Of a stretch of 64,000 nucleotides of DNA, positions 1 through 13,400 are shown one piece after another. Every line of letters begins with the position of its first letter. Position 1 is the stretch's first letter. Source of the DNA: Kudoa neothunni (lineage: Eukaryota; Animalia; Cnidaria); assembly GCA_964304625.1 (NCBI GenBank), contig OZ199840.1:4887200-4951199 (forward strand), written 5' to 3'. Under the pieces are notes generated by a model. It did not search any database. It was not told where the DNA came from and worked only from the letters and a program-made list of their open reading frames with translations. A program made the translations under genes and the position numbers.

Positions 1-808
1 TTAAACCATCCTCAGAGGTTTTTTGAAGTCAATTTGGCCCCAGATTATTACTTGGCAAATTAATTACAAATATTTTTTACAAATTCAATTTCTTTGTATT
101 TTCTTTTTTTATCGACTTGGTTTTCAGTAAAACAATAAATTTAACAATTTAATTTGTTAAACTTTTAAGTATTTATTTGCAAGTTATAAACAAATGATCG
201 TAAAGTATAATCAACTGGTTAGTAAATAATTTATTGTTTAAAGCAATAATTTTGGATTTTTTAATGAGAAACCCCCCTTTTAATTTAATTTGTTATAAAA
301 AAACAATTTAGTATATGATTGAAACACACAATAACTATTTATTTTCACGAATACCATAATACTTTTTCCGTTTGTTTTTCTCCAATTTTTAACTAACTGA
401 AACCTCCTATTAAAATCTAATTGAATGACTATCGATGAGTAAATGTAGCATATTCGATGATGAACTAGAATTGCCAGGAAGCGATCCTTCTGACTACTTT
501 TGGAATCATGAGAGTATGTATGTGAAACAATGGAGATAAATAATTGGAAATTTGAATGTCAGAAAACCTGGAATTACCTGGGATTTCAAAATACCTTGAA
601 AAACACATTTCGGCTGAAAACATTTTGAAATTACCTCCTGGTCCTGCCGTATATTGTTATCAACGAATCCAAAATATGTAGACTTCTGTTCACATTTTTT
701 TTGAAACTATCTGTAAAAAAATCGACTACATTAATCTTTTTCGAAAACATCATTTAAAGGACGATTGTATAAATATGGATTCTATTGATTTGAACGGTTA
801 TTTGGGTA

Positions 809-1301
809 AAGTATTTCTCGATCAAATTGCAAGTCACTTCAGTTTTACAGTATTATAGTGGCTGTAGAATAAAAAAATGAAATGATAGGACGCTGATTCA
901 AAATGATGAATAAATTTATTGCAACCACATCCATATTCGTCCTTTTTTTGATTCAATCGAATAAATTTTTGCTCAACTTAAATTCATAATAAAAAGTAGA
1001 TAGCCAAAAAATCGTGAAAAAATCTATTGAGTGTATCGAGAAAAACCCGAATAAGGTTTCATTGGCATATTTCCAAAATTATTTAAAACATCCTAAGTCT
1101 AACTTTGTTTCCGCTCATCAAAAGAAAAAATTAACATTAGAATTATTTTGGAGCATACATGTGTCTAATTTTTTGTTGTATCAATTCGAGAAAACATTTA
1201 ATTTCGTGAGAAATTTTCGTGCTTTATTGAAAATTACTGCGACTTAAGCTAGTATAATTACAAAATACGCCAGAAATTTGCTACTCAATCGAGAAATACT
1301 G
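809..1301. mobile_element. Non-autonomous Tc1/mariner-type element (TA TSD)
   Basis: Terminal inverted repeats AGTATTTCTCGAT (810-822) and ATCGAGAAATACT (1288-1300), flanked by TA on both sides. The paralogous relic near 39295 lacks the insert (empty site). Confidence 0.75.
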
Positions 1302-1479
1302 TATCTCATTCTATTGGCTATGCAAAAGGATCGCGAGAAACCATTATCTGAACCATTCAGTTTGTCAGAAGGTCGGATTATTTATTGAAAAAATGTAATT
1401 GTTTAAATAGTTAGATAATTCGGATAAAACTTTTAAAAGTTTCATATAATCGTTTTATTGGTGTGAGAAATATAGTTTT

Positions 1480-4226
1480 GGCTAAATTACCGTGGCTGAC
1501 TCGTTTGGGGTAAAATAGACAAACTTTTGAAAACATCGTAAAAGTTAAAATATATGATTGTAAATCATTATATATTTAAATGACGATGATAATTCTTTTC
1601 CGGAATATTTTCTCCAATACATAATGTAGTATAGGTAACTTACGATGATAGTTAGGTACATTCGGTAATGTTTTTGGTTGTGTTTTGATTGTGGTTCTCT
1701 TTCGCTATTACCCATAAAATCAGCCACACAATGAAGAGTCTCTAGATTTTTATTTGTTACGTTCTAATATTTATGCTTAAAGTCCCCCAAGTAGCTTTAA
1801 TTTTGTTAGTATATATTCCCTCAGAGGGAACAAACTTCATTCGTTAAATAACTACTCCATGTACAAAACCCAACCCTGCGAAGTTATCATATCCTTTCCA
1901 ACCGCCCGTCCAAATGATCGACTCTTCTTCGACTTTGTCAAGGGTAATTCTTTCAAGAATGTCTTTATTTATTCGCTGAATTAAGCCCAAGAAACAATTT
2001 CCATTCTCGTCGATACCACCAACCATCCAATATTGTTTATAACAAAGAATCCTTCCAATGTTTTATTTTCTTTTAGATATAGCGGTCTTATCAATTTGAA
2101 CGATTATTGTTCGTCCACAAATTTTCGAAAATTCCTCACCCAATTCAGAGGCCATAAAACAATGTATTACATTTTTTCAATCACATATGATGGAATTGGA
2201 TGATATTCCAACACGGTTTCGAATTTCCTCATAAGTTATGAGTCATGGATGGGTGTTGAATTATCGAAACGATAAATATGAAGATTTTCCACAACCGAAG
2301 TCTAGAAATTTCGAAAATTGTTCCACTTCGAATAGATGTCTTCTTTCTGCATAAAATGTATTTATACTAATATCCATCATCAGTATCTTCTCTTTTAGCA
2401 AAAAAATTTTGACCGCCACACAAACATTTAGAATAACTTGGTATCAGTATCAATCCATGATTTTGTAATGTCTTTATTGTATAATCTAAATTATTGATAT
2501 TGTCAATATTCTCGAAAGTCAGCCGGCGAATTTTCGCCTGCTGCGCCCACAAAAATGGCGTTCAATTATAAATACATGAATATAAAAGGCAAACAAAAAA
2601 ATATTTGTAGGCGAAAGTTAATTTAATTATAAAATATAATTCTAGCTCAGTTCTCAATTATACATCAAGGAAGTAGCTTCCAAATAATACGTTTCGTAAT
2701 ATTTCTCATAATTAAGACATATATCTTTAATTTTGTCCATTTTTAGTGCATGGTGTTTTTCAGATAAGATAGAACTTGGATTGCACATGTGATATTGAAT
2801 ATCTTGTTCGGTATTACCCTGAGCTTCTTTTAATACCTCCACAAATGTTTGCAGGCTAGCATGGTTCTGATCGTATCGATTACGATAATGACAGTTGAAT
2901 CCTTCTGCTGAATTCGAGATAAGGTTTATTCCCTCAACAACACGATCGAAATCATTCCAATTTTCTGTTGAAAATCTTGGGCAATTTATACAATTGTTTT
3001 TGAAATAAGTTATAAACGATGCTAAATTGACATCAACGAACTTATTTCTTTTATTTTTCCACTTGGTAAACTCATTACGAACGAAATCGATGGGAACAAA
3101 GACTAGAGACATGAAACGTTTGATATACATTTTGAAATCAGTGTTTTTTCATGTAACTTGGAAAATCCTTATTGTTGTACTCGTCTCCAGGCGCATTGTC
3201 CAAAATGTGTAAAAGGCAGAATTTTATGGACGTATTATTTGATGCCTTTTTAAAGGTATTGAATACTTGAATTTCAAAGTCTATAATCAAAAATTTGGGA
3301 AACATCACTTTCTTATCTGAGAGAATGGACAAAACTTTGGTACACATTGCTTCGGTTCTATTTGCCATTAATACATAGATAAATGGAAAATCCTTGCCCA
3401 ATATCTTCCCATGAATCATGTACAATTGTGAGAACTTTCTTGGCACCGCTTTGAACGTTCCGTCCGATATCCAAACATATGAATTATTCAAATGTACAAG
3501 ACTCTGGGAGTAGAAAAAATGATGACACATTCAAAATCCTTGGAATCGGAGTCGTATAGCACTAAATCTTCATTTCTGAGTGATTTGATATTTAAGTCGT
3601 ATAAATTAGACTCGTAATTGACATCAATGGAGTTCCTTTTCGTAGAATTTTGAATATTTTTATAGATTGCATTCATTGAAATTATCGGGAGATCATGAAA
3701 ATTGATAGACTTTGTAGCCATAGAATAAACTTTATTAGTTGGATATTTCGTGCTTTCAGCCAAATTCTTGATTTTTTGATTAAGAGTAATTTTTTATTTC
3801 ATTATTGGATAGAGAGTGCTTTTGGGTTCCTTTCCCTTCAATTTGCGAGATATCAATCAACGGTGAAGTTCTAAGCCTCCCTTTACATGTTCTGTATTGA
3901 TATCACCAGTTACCATTTAGAACAATCCTTCACAAACAAAATCTATTGAACATGATCTTTACCCCCATTTCTTATGGGTTTAAATATCAAATAATTTGGT
4001 TTATTAGAATTAAATCCATGGAGCATGTTGAGTTTTTGTTCGCGCGAGTGCGCATGGTACATAATTAACATGTTAAATCGTCGAACATTTTGTGCGCACG
4101 AGTGTACAGAGGATGCCGGCGAAATTTCGCCAAGCCGTATTTTCTTGTTAAGATCCATCGCGCCACAAATGTGACGATCAGTTGCGAATATTGCTGACGC
4201 GAGTCACAGCCATTGTAATTTAGCCC
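1480..4226 (-). mobile_element. Merlin (ISXO2/IS1595-like) DNA transposon, disrupted
   Basis: TIRs GGCTAAATTAC..TGGCTG at both ends and 9-bp TSD TATAGTTTT (1471-1479, 4227-4235). ISXO2-like motifs VQID, WMVGGIDE, IIWTGGWKGY..GFVH. The N-terminus MDLNKKIRL (ATG 4158) rejoins TFENIDN in frame once the nested MULE is removed. Confidence 0.9.
2526..4132 (-). mobile_element. MULE/Mutator-like transposon nested in Merlin, fragmented transposase
   Basis: Motifs WISDGTFK, FSQLYMIH, PFIYVLM, IIDFE, CLLH, NSAEGFN in ORFs 2654-3763. Ends GCGAATTTTCGCC and GGCGAAATTTCGCCA. Direct repeat AGCCG at 2521-2525 and 4133-4137. Confidence 0.85.
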
Positions 4227-4830
4227 TATAGTTTTATATTTATCAACCAAATTAATTTAAAAATAATATCATTTATTTCCTACGATAATTTTTGGAACAA
4301 GATCTGAAAGCATTAGGAAAATTCTAACGTCGGTAAAATGATACGTTTATGAATATTTTACCAAAAACTTTGTGGTTGAAATTCAAAAAATACTATCACT
4401 TTATTTTTGAAAACATTTTTTAGTAAAATCGTAAAATAAGAACTTGGATCAAAATTAACTCCAAATAACCTACGAAGATAAAAACTCATCTGAAATACGC
4501 ATTTGTATTTAACGAATTTTGGTATAACATAATTCGCATTTTCAGAGGAATATTCATTAGTAAAAAATTACAACATTATTGTTGTTGACTGCTAGTCAAC
4601 AAGATTAACACGAAATATTCATTATTAATTCGTCGTGACTTAAATTGTGTGTTTGTGTGCCAGAGCAGATTCAATTAAATATAAAATTACGATATTATAG
4701 ATTACCTAAAGTGACGATCAAACATTGTGAAATTAAGAATAATTATAAAAAAAGACAAAGAAATTTTCAAAAATTAGCCATAAAACATTCAAAATAATAA
4801 AACTAATATATATTTTTTGATATTTGTTGG

Positions 4831-7765
4831 TTAATTCTTCTTCTTTATGAAAACAACTATAACCCCCGCAAGAACAACCACACCTGCAGCTGCAGCAGCT
4901 ATTATTATTCTATATAATTGATTATTTTAATATATATATCAGCAATATTATTTTTACATGGTATTTTTGGATCTAAAATAAAAATATTAAATAAACTGGT
5001 TAAATGAGAATTAGATTACGTAGATTTCATTGTGTCGAACCGTTTCTCCTAAAATGAAATAAATATTTCAATGACGATTCATATTTACCTTTCTTGATTT
5101 CACTATTTCCTTTGATTGATTGGTCATTGCTTACGTAAACCGTTAGATGATAATCGTTTGTGTCTTCAACGTCATAAATTTCAAATTCGTTACATTTTGG
5201 TAGACTTGCACAACCTCCATCGTTTTCCCCATTGCATGATTTAATTAAAACTTTATCAGTATTGGTTGAATCTCTTAATTCCCAACCACAAGTGCTTTTC
5301 AGCAACTCCCCTGTGGCAGTACCGTGGTGATTTTTAATTTGTTTCCATCACGCTTAATGCTCACTATAATTTGTTTGTTTAAATCTTGGTTTGTTGGTAG
5401 GGGATCTAATTTTAATTTTTATATTATTTATAATCAGAATGATGTTATAAAATTTTCGAATAAATTCTACTTTCCGGAATTTCAAGGTTTACTTTCACTC
5501 TTCCATTAACTGAAGTTACTGCTACACGATACTTTTTTAATCGGTCGTAATTGTTAGTGAATAATATTTCGGAACATAAAGGAATCTCAGTGCATGAAGA
5601 TAACGATGGTGAAATAGTTTTTTTTGTTGTCGAGGTAGTTTGACCAGGAGCCGATCTAGCTAACGTGATTTTATCATATTTCGATCTAACAGTGGATCCT
5701 TTTGTTGGTTCTGTAGAAATAGATGCCTGTGGACATTGATAAATCAACTTATATTTGTCTCCATTTTTAATTTCCACATTGTAATGACACTCAGCTGTAT
5801 CATCCGGAGTAGATAATGTGCCTATTATTTTGAAACCTTTATCAACAAATTGTTTCTCAAGTGTGAGTTTTGATTTCACTAAAAATTCATTATTTATTTT
5901 TTTAATTAATTATATACCTGTTGTGATCTGATGTATTTTTGTGCCATAGTCTTTATGAGCAACAACTTTAAGGTCATATTCTGTTCCTGATTTAATCCAA
6001 CAATTGTTTGATTCTCCCTGCAATAACCTCGACAGGGATAGCTACCGACGCACATTGCACAGACATACACATCTTTTCCTCGGGGGACTAACATAATAAG
6101 CACATGTAATGTCACTAGCAGTTAAAACTGCATCTCCACCTATAGCCTTGATAGAAGCAGTTCTCTCTCCTAACGTTGGTGTTACAGCAGGGAATGTTGT
6201 TGTATCACTTTTTTCTATATAATTATCAAAAACAATTTTTACTTATATTTTTACTCGTTCGAAAGAATATATGCTCTTTAAATCCGGTCGGGATGCCAGT
6301 GGCACTTGTAGTAGGTGCAATTGTAAGTATATATGGTTTACCACTTGAAAGTCCTGTTATTGTTAAAGCAGCGCTGCAGTCTGTTGAACTGGTGCCAGCC
6401 GAAACTTCACATGTAACTCCGGTTCCAACACTTGGTAGTGGTTTGTCTGCTGCATAATATTTCACCGAACAACTGTCAAATTTAATGTTTCCCGCTGGAT
6501 TAAATAATTTAACGTTTAAGGTGACACCATTTTTGTTGATATTTGTTAATAATGCCTCCTCGGCAGCTGTAGATTCGGTCACCACTAAGAGGTATTATTT
6601 AAAAGTTAAAATACTCAAATTACCAAACTTTTTCTGTTCGTATCCGGAATACGTTTGGGTATTTCATTGTTAAAGGGAAATGTCTGGATTGGATCAATAT
6701 ATCGACTACAGTTTTTGACCCAGTAAAAATTAATATGACATCATTACAAGGAGCGTAACAATCTTAGTCGTTCCACCACAATTTGATGTATATACATTGG
6801 ACGTAGTAGCGCTAGATGCCGGCTCATGATATTTAATACTGAATCGACATATTTCGAAGGGAAATTTGTTTGTGAATTTTATCAGATATTTACTTTTATC
6901 ATTATCATTATATTTAACATAATATTGTGGTTTATAAACATCCATATTCATCAAAGTATATGCATTTTGCAATTTATAAAAGAAACTTGGATAGCCACCA
7001 CATCTCATTTCGTAATGAGGTATCATCAAATCAAATTCTACCAGGTCATTACTGTCGCTTGCAGCAGTGCAACTATTTGAAACAATTCCTGCTGCGTATT
7101 GTACTCCTTTATAATATATGGAACATGCAACTGGTTTGCATGTGATGGTGCTTAACTTTAGTTTCTTGTCTGCTGTAATTGTTATTGTAACTTGTGGATT
7201 AATCAATAATGCTAATGACGTATTAATAAAACAGAAAACGTCACTATTTTACCTAATTCAAGTCCGAACACTGTCCCACCATTTGTTGTCTGGGTAGGAG
7301 CTGCACCACCTTCCCCTGTGAATACCACCACATATTTAGTCCTTGGTGAAAATTTATCGAATGCAAATTTATTGCCATCCCCTCCACATGTTCTACAACA
7401 ACTATTATTTGCACATTCACCGCCGGTTGGAGCAGTGGTATCAACGGCTTCATAACTACTAAGGTTTTCAGCAGACTTTTTGATACAACACTTTTTAGGA
7501 TCACCGAAATCACTACCAGTCAGTTTTAACTGAACATTTGTTCGGCTATCCTTCGGAATAGAATAACTGAGTGCCTTTGTAGGAGCTTGTGATGGAGTCG
7601 GAGGTTTTGTTGCAACCACTGTTTGTGTCGGAACCGAAGTTTGAACTTGAACCGGTCCTCCATCAAGTGAAACGAACTCAGCTATATTTTATTAAAAATA
7701 GAGTTTAATTGTTAATTACAAGAAGTGACCAAGCATATTCCAAACAAGTGGACTAATAGTTTCAT
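4831..7765 (-). pseudogene. FN3-like module type I membrane protein, copy 1 (10 exons, frameshifted in this assembly)
   Basis: ATG 7765 (MKLLVHLFGICLVTS), same exon layout as copy 4, ends IKKKN-TAA at 4831. At least six 1-nt indels versus paralogues (about 6765, 6660, 5991, 5300, 5310, 5040), mostly in homopolymers. Could be a real pseudogene or assembly error. Confidence 0.75.
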
Positions 7766-7784
7766 TTTATCTTATATGTAATAT

Positions 7785-7872
7785 ACATACGAAAACTATC
7801 GTTTCATTTATCAAACTGAATATTTCAATTGGGCCTTAATGAATAACACTAATGGGATTAAAATTCGCAATA
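7785..7872 (-). promoter_or_regulatory. Conserved upstream block of the membrane-protein family
   Basis: Block TTGCGAATTTTAATC...CCAATTGAAATATTCAGTTTGATAAA...ACGATA.TTTTCGTA recurs about 20-110 nt before the ATG in copies 1, 3 (25052-25135), 4 (28155-28240) and 5 (43010-43093). Function is inferred from position only. Confidence 0.5.
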
Positions 7873-8546
7873 AAACAAATATAGTTGATCAAAAATAAAT
7901 CTAGATTTCAATCTTTAACATTACTTATTAATATTTTTTTTAATATAAAATAGGTAACTTTTAAATCTTCTATATTAATGTGGAATCTTGACATTTGCCT
8001 AATAGTGGGTGGTGGGGCATTTAAAGTTTCGGTTGTTTAAATAGACAACGCTCAATCGAACATATATTTAAATTAGCGCAAAAGCCCCGCTTCGCATAGG
8101 TTTTCTTGCCCAACCAAGTAGACTAAAGCCTTGAATAGGCCAAGATCATTTTAAGTGTAAAGTAAATTAAGAGTATTTGGACAAATAGAACAAAGATTAC
8201 GCAAATAAAATTTGATCTATTTAACTAATATAAAAATGGTGTAAAACCTAAAGAAAACATTTATTAATTCGTTTTTGGTTATAAAGTTTAATATTACGAC
8301 ATATATTTATAATCTACTGAAATACCTAACTTTAGTATGTGAATATATCATCTACTTAGGTTTCTTGACCGTTAATTGTTATGTTTTACCTAGTATGTTC
8401 ACAAAAATGTACATTTAAAGAAAGTAAACATAAATATCACTGGAATTTGCTTTAATTTATTTTTATTTTGTAACGCATTAATATATAAAATGCGGCAACC
8501 AATGAGTTAACTGATAGGGCTCTGTTATTCATTATAAAGAAATTTT

Positions 8547-9606
8547 GGTTAAAGTTCAGTTCCCCCCTTCGGCGTTCGCCGGTTACCCGCCATCGATACT
8601 AATCAAGTCACGTTTCATAACATATAAACCCAATAAAATCTGGTTTCCTTTAGTTAGACGTAATTAAACAAAATATATCAATTAAACAAAATATAATGTG
8701 TTATTTTAACTGTTAAAAAATTATAAAATAAGGTGTCAATTTATGTGCGTAACAATTTAACTTGATATAAGTTAAATAAGTTTTTGTCATTAAATTTGAG
8801 AATTATATATAAACGAATATTTTGGATAGTATTATAGATATTTTTGATTAATTATAGATTTTATTTGTTATTTATTAAAATAAATGATAGATAACGGTAT
8901 AAAATCTAAAGTAAGATTACATTTTTAATATAAATAGTAAATATTTTTTATATTTTACATGTTCTTTCTAAAAAAATGTATAAACTAAAACAACATGTCG
9001 ACTCATGATATTTTTATCTTAATATAATTTTAATAGTTTTTAAATGGATAAAAATCATATATCATGCCATTTCTTTTTTAATTGTATCCTAATGAGACTA
9101 TGTTAATGTAAAATAATCTCTTTTAACTTAGTTTTCGGAAGATTTTATTGTTTTATACAAAAACTTTAATTATTTGATAAATATATATATATATATATAT
9201 ATATAATCATTCTAAAAAATAATAGGTTAACACTTACTACTAATTAAAATAAACTTAACAATGCCGTAATTTACTAAAGATATTTATTCATTGACGATTG
9301 GAAAAAGACATAATTATATAGATTTTTACAATAAAATAAAGTCTACAAAATGTAAATATGTTTAATTTGACCTCCACAGGAACAAACCATTGATGTTGGT
9401 AGCAAGTCAAGTTGCTGGAAAAAATAATTAAATCTTCAGGATGATCCTTGAAGTAACATAAGTCTTCAAAATTTAGATTATCTAAATTTTCGTAATTGAA
9501 GATTGCAGGAAGCATACTCCGGAAAATGTAAACAGCCGGAACCCCAATTAGTACCGATGGCGGGTAACCGGCGGACGCCGAAGGTGGGAGGAACTGAACT
9601 TTAGCC
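8547..9606. mobile_element. Merlin-type MITE nested in the Helitron
   Basis: About 60-bp TIR GG(T/C)TAAAGTTCAGTTCC..CCTTCGGCGT.CGCCGGTTACCCGCCATCG, perfect 8-bp TSD GAAATTTT (8539-8546, 9607-9614). Empty site in the paralogous Helitron near 63825. Confidence 0.85.
9181..9204. repeat. (AT)n microsatellite
   Basis: Direct reading. A similar tract lies at 58829-58860. Confidence 0.95.
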
Positions 9607-10484
9607 GAAATTTTGGGGTAATTAATGTAAATAACCATGGTTAACTCAAAAAGTAAAAGAATTTTAAACGTTTCTTAAATAAAATGGAAATTACACGTGA
9701 ATCCGAATATGCTCGGCTTATGATTTTAAAGTTATTTTTTGATCTGAACTTTAGTTATTTACTGTTATTTTTTATGATTTAAAGAAATTTTAAAAAATTT
9801 TGATAGAATAATCAATTAGTAGGATAAATTGTAGGCAACGACTGTTCCAATAATTAATTGGACGCATAAACTTGATCTAATATATTTAAAAATGAATAAA
9901 CTCTACTGAGCATTTAAAATTTCCTATTTAGAGCTCTTAAAATATCGATTTTCTCCTTGATATTCGTAGTAATCTCTAAATCATAACTTATAAATATGTC
10001 TATTTTGTTAAACATCAACAAATGAATTTTATATTAATGTTGGGCTACATAACCTAATATAACATTCCTTGTCTGAACCAATTCAGTTACAAAAATACTT
10101 TTCAATAATTTTAAAGTAAGATAAACACTACGATACATTTAAATCAACTATTTATAAATTTAACGAAAGGTTCTATATGTTTTTCATAACTCCTCTAATC
10201 ATACCAATCATATCGTATGAAAATGTTGATGTCATTTTGCAGAATGCAACCCTTATAATTTTTTGCGTATTTTTCTGTATTAAAATAAAATTTTGTCTTT
10301 CCATAAGTATGCTCAAATGGAACGGCATGTCTCTCTGTAAAGAATGAAAAATGCGTACATACACCCGCACACACAGATTACCGATTTGCTTTATATAGTA
10401 GATAAAAAATCAGACTAAAAGACTAATAAAAAAAATTTTTTTCTCTTTCTAAATTTATTGTGCGATTTTTTATAAATGCCGAGT

Positions 10485-13400
10485 CTAATTTTTCTTTTTG
10501 AAAACCACAAATCCGATTGCGCCTGCAATCATAACTCCAATAACCGCAACCACTATTATTCTAAAATATTTTTATTTAAAACTTAAATAATTTTTCTATC
10601 CATACATGATAAGGGTTTTAGAACTAAATAATAGATTAAATAATTAATTAAATTTTCAAATATTAAACGAACCTTGAGCTACTTTTTGCACCTAATAACA
10701 ATAATTTAAAATATCATTAGGTAAATCAAGTTTTACCTTGCTCGATTACAGCCTCGCCATAAATTGATGGATCCTTAGAACTGTAGACAATCAAATGATA
10801 ACTGTTACCATCTGCTATCCCTCTAATTGTAAACGATTTGCAAGTTGGGAGTGTTCTACATCCCGTATCGCTTGACCTCATACATTGTTTCACTATTGGC
10901 ATCGATTTAGCACTGGAATTGAGTAGTTTCCATTTGCATTTTGACTTGTCATCGAGACTGGATGGAAGTGTACTTTCTATATTGAATACCTCACCATCTC
11001 TTGTTATAGTTACAAATATTATTTTCTCCTTTTCTGTCGGGTTACCTTTTGGAGCCGCTATTTGATTATTTTAATATCTATGTCTTAATATATTTTAGTT
11101 ACTGGGTAATATAGTGATTTCCTTGGGTGATGATTTTTCCACTGCAACGACCAACACTTTATATTCTTCTTTTGCATCATAATCATTGAATATAATCGAA
11201 CTACATAACGGAGGCGACGAACATGTGTTTGAACTTTGAGGAGCTGCTGTTGTGGCATCTGTGGTGGTAGTAATAGATGCAGTTGTTACAGCTTCATTTT
11301 CCTGAGTTTCACCAGCTCTTGCAATATTTGACCTAATAATTGTTGATTTAAGACTAGAAAGTTGGATAGTGCTAGCTTTTTTTGGACTAGGGCTAGGTTC
11401 GGACTCAATTGGTGAGTTCGGTGGAGTTTGAAGAGCTTCAGGAGCAGATGATGGTATCTCAGGCCCCTCACACGTATAAACGTTATTGAACTCGTCATTA
11501 TTCTTGACTTTTATTGTATAACGACAAATGGCTTCAGGAATTTTTTTCGATAATTGTGCATTCAGCTCTAGACCTCTCTCGGTATATTTTTGTGAAAACA
11601 TCAACGTTGCCAGCCCTATTTTTAAATAATGTATAAATCATTTGATAGATATACTCGTTTTGACATTTCCATATACATGCTCTTTATATTCTTTGTCAGC
11701 AACGACTTTAATATCATATGAAGTGTTTGGTTCGAGATCTATTATGGTTATTGAATCCCTACATCTTCCCCTACAAGGGTTCGTCTCAGTGCATGGAACA
11801 GCGTAAAATGTATCTTTATCTGTTGGACTTACGTAATACTCGCAGTTTGGCTCAGCTTTCTTATCAGCTAAACGTTCACCTCCAATGGCTTTTAGCGTAA
11901 TTGTCGAATCTGTTTTAGTTGGAGAGGTGGCTTCGAAGACTTTATTGTCATCTTTTTTTTCTTTAAAAAATTTATAACTTTAATCATTTTTTGTTATTAA
12001 TTATTTACCTGTCTTTATAAGTATTTGTTCTTTAAAAGGGGCTGGCTCTTTTATGTCGGATTCAACTTCAATAATATAAGGTTTCCCTTCAGCAAGCCCT
12101 TCAATCACCACCTTTGTACAATCCGTGTCGCAGGTGGTACTAGTGGTACCGCTTTTGGCTCTGCAAACTGAAGGAGTAGATGACTCTGGTTTTATTTTGT
12201 CTGCAGCATAATGTTTGATAGTACAAGTCGCAAACTTTGTAACTCTATCTGCTGTGGGCTTAAAAAGTGCCAGATCTATTGATACACCCTGATACGTATA
12301 CGTAGATAATAATCCCTCTCCTACCTCAGTAATAGCTATATAAATGTGTTAGAATATTTTATTATTTACTATATAGATACCAAATTTGTTCTGAGTAAAT
12401 CCATCTAAACCATCCGCAGTTTTTGTGAGGTCGTGATTTCTGGTTTGAACTAAAACTTTGTATATTTCTTTTGGTGCAGTTACTGTAAGTTCAATGTCTT
12501 TACACAATGCGTAACACATTTGGTCTGTATTCCCACATTTAGATTCAAATGGCTGATCATTTCCTGCATTTTTCCCATCTTTAATACTGAACACGCATAT
12601 TTCAGACGATAGCATTGATCCTGTGAATTTAATTAACAACTTTGTAGAATCTGTCCTTTTAATAACATAATATTGAGGTTCGTAAATAGCCATGTTTTTC
12701 TTAATATATGTATTTGGCATATTATAAAAGAAACTAGGGTAATTCTCACATCTCATCTCATAATGTGGAATTAACAGATCGAATTCCAAAACGTCAGCTG
12801 AGTTATCTACATCGCATGATTCTCCTTTTGTACCAACACTAAACTTGGCATCCTTGTAATAGACGGGACAATCAACGTTAGTGCAAGTTTTTGTTAAGAG
12901 TTTTAGTTTTTTATCATTACCAGATATTGATACTTGAGGATTTACTATTAATGCTAAAATTAAAATCATTAATTGATTAAAATTTTTATTTAATTACGTG
13001 TTGACAACCCAAACACTTTCCCCCCTTTTGTGTGCTCACTCCCACTAAGACCTTCCTTATCTGCACCAGCTTTTATGTATACGTATTTTGTTCTCGGTGA
13101 AAGGCTGTTAAAGGAAACTTGGCTTTTTTGCTTGGTACATTCGATTATACATTCATTAGTGTCACTGGCTTCATTCCCAGGACAGCTTACAATTTCTTCA
13201 AAAGCGGTTGCAATTTCTAAATTTACGATGGTTTTTGCTTCATTTGATATCATTATGCGGCACTTCTTTGCAGCCGTATATTTTGTGCCATCAAGTTTAT
13301 GCATAAATTGATTTTTGTTACTAGTTTTATCATATATAATCTGGTAAGTTAACGTAGCCTCCGGCGCTGCCGAGGCTACGTTAACTTACCAGATTATATA

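Larger units (their letters stand above)
1..4484 (+). mobile_element. Degenerate piggyBac-like relic hosting nested insertions
   Basis: Begins TTAAACC. Bases 1-43 are a loose inverted repeat of 4443-4484. Segments 631-808 and 1302-1470 join up and match a second copy at 39115-39500. No intact ORF. Confidence 0.5.
8073..10402 (-). mobile_element. Non-autonomous Helitron
   Basis: On the minus strand, A|TCTACTATATAAAG followed by a GT-rich tract. The 3' end is GC-rich and finishes GCGCTAA|T, matching the CTAG end at 38975-39005. The body is homologous to 63363-64000. Confidence 0.8.

Noticed and set aside
4582-4602. Small hairpin TTGTTGACT-GCT-AGTCAACAA downstream of copy 1, with a variant near 31341
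   Set aside because: Too short and AT-rich to call a terminator or RNA element, and not seen beside copies 3 and 5.
5027-7619. Operon of small separate genes, as the ORF track suggests
   Set aside because: The ORF ends coincide with GT-AG mini-introns conserved in all five copies. They are exons of one gene.
8549-9604. Kolobok element (TTAA|AG termini)
   Set aside because: The inverted repeat extends past the TTAA to GG..CC, and a perfect 8-bp TSD lies outside it, favouring a Merlin-type MITE.
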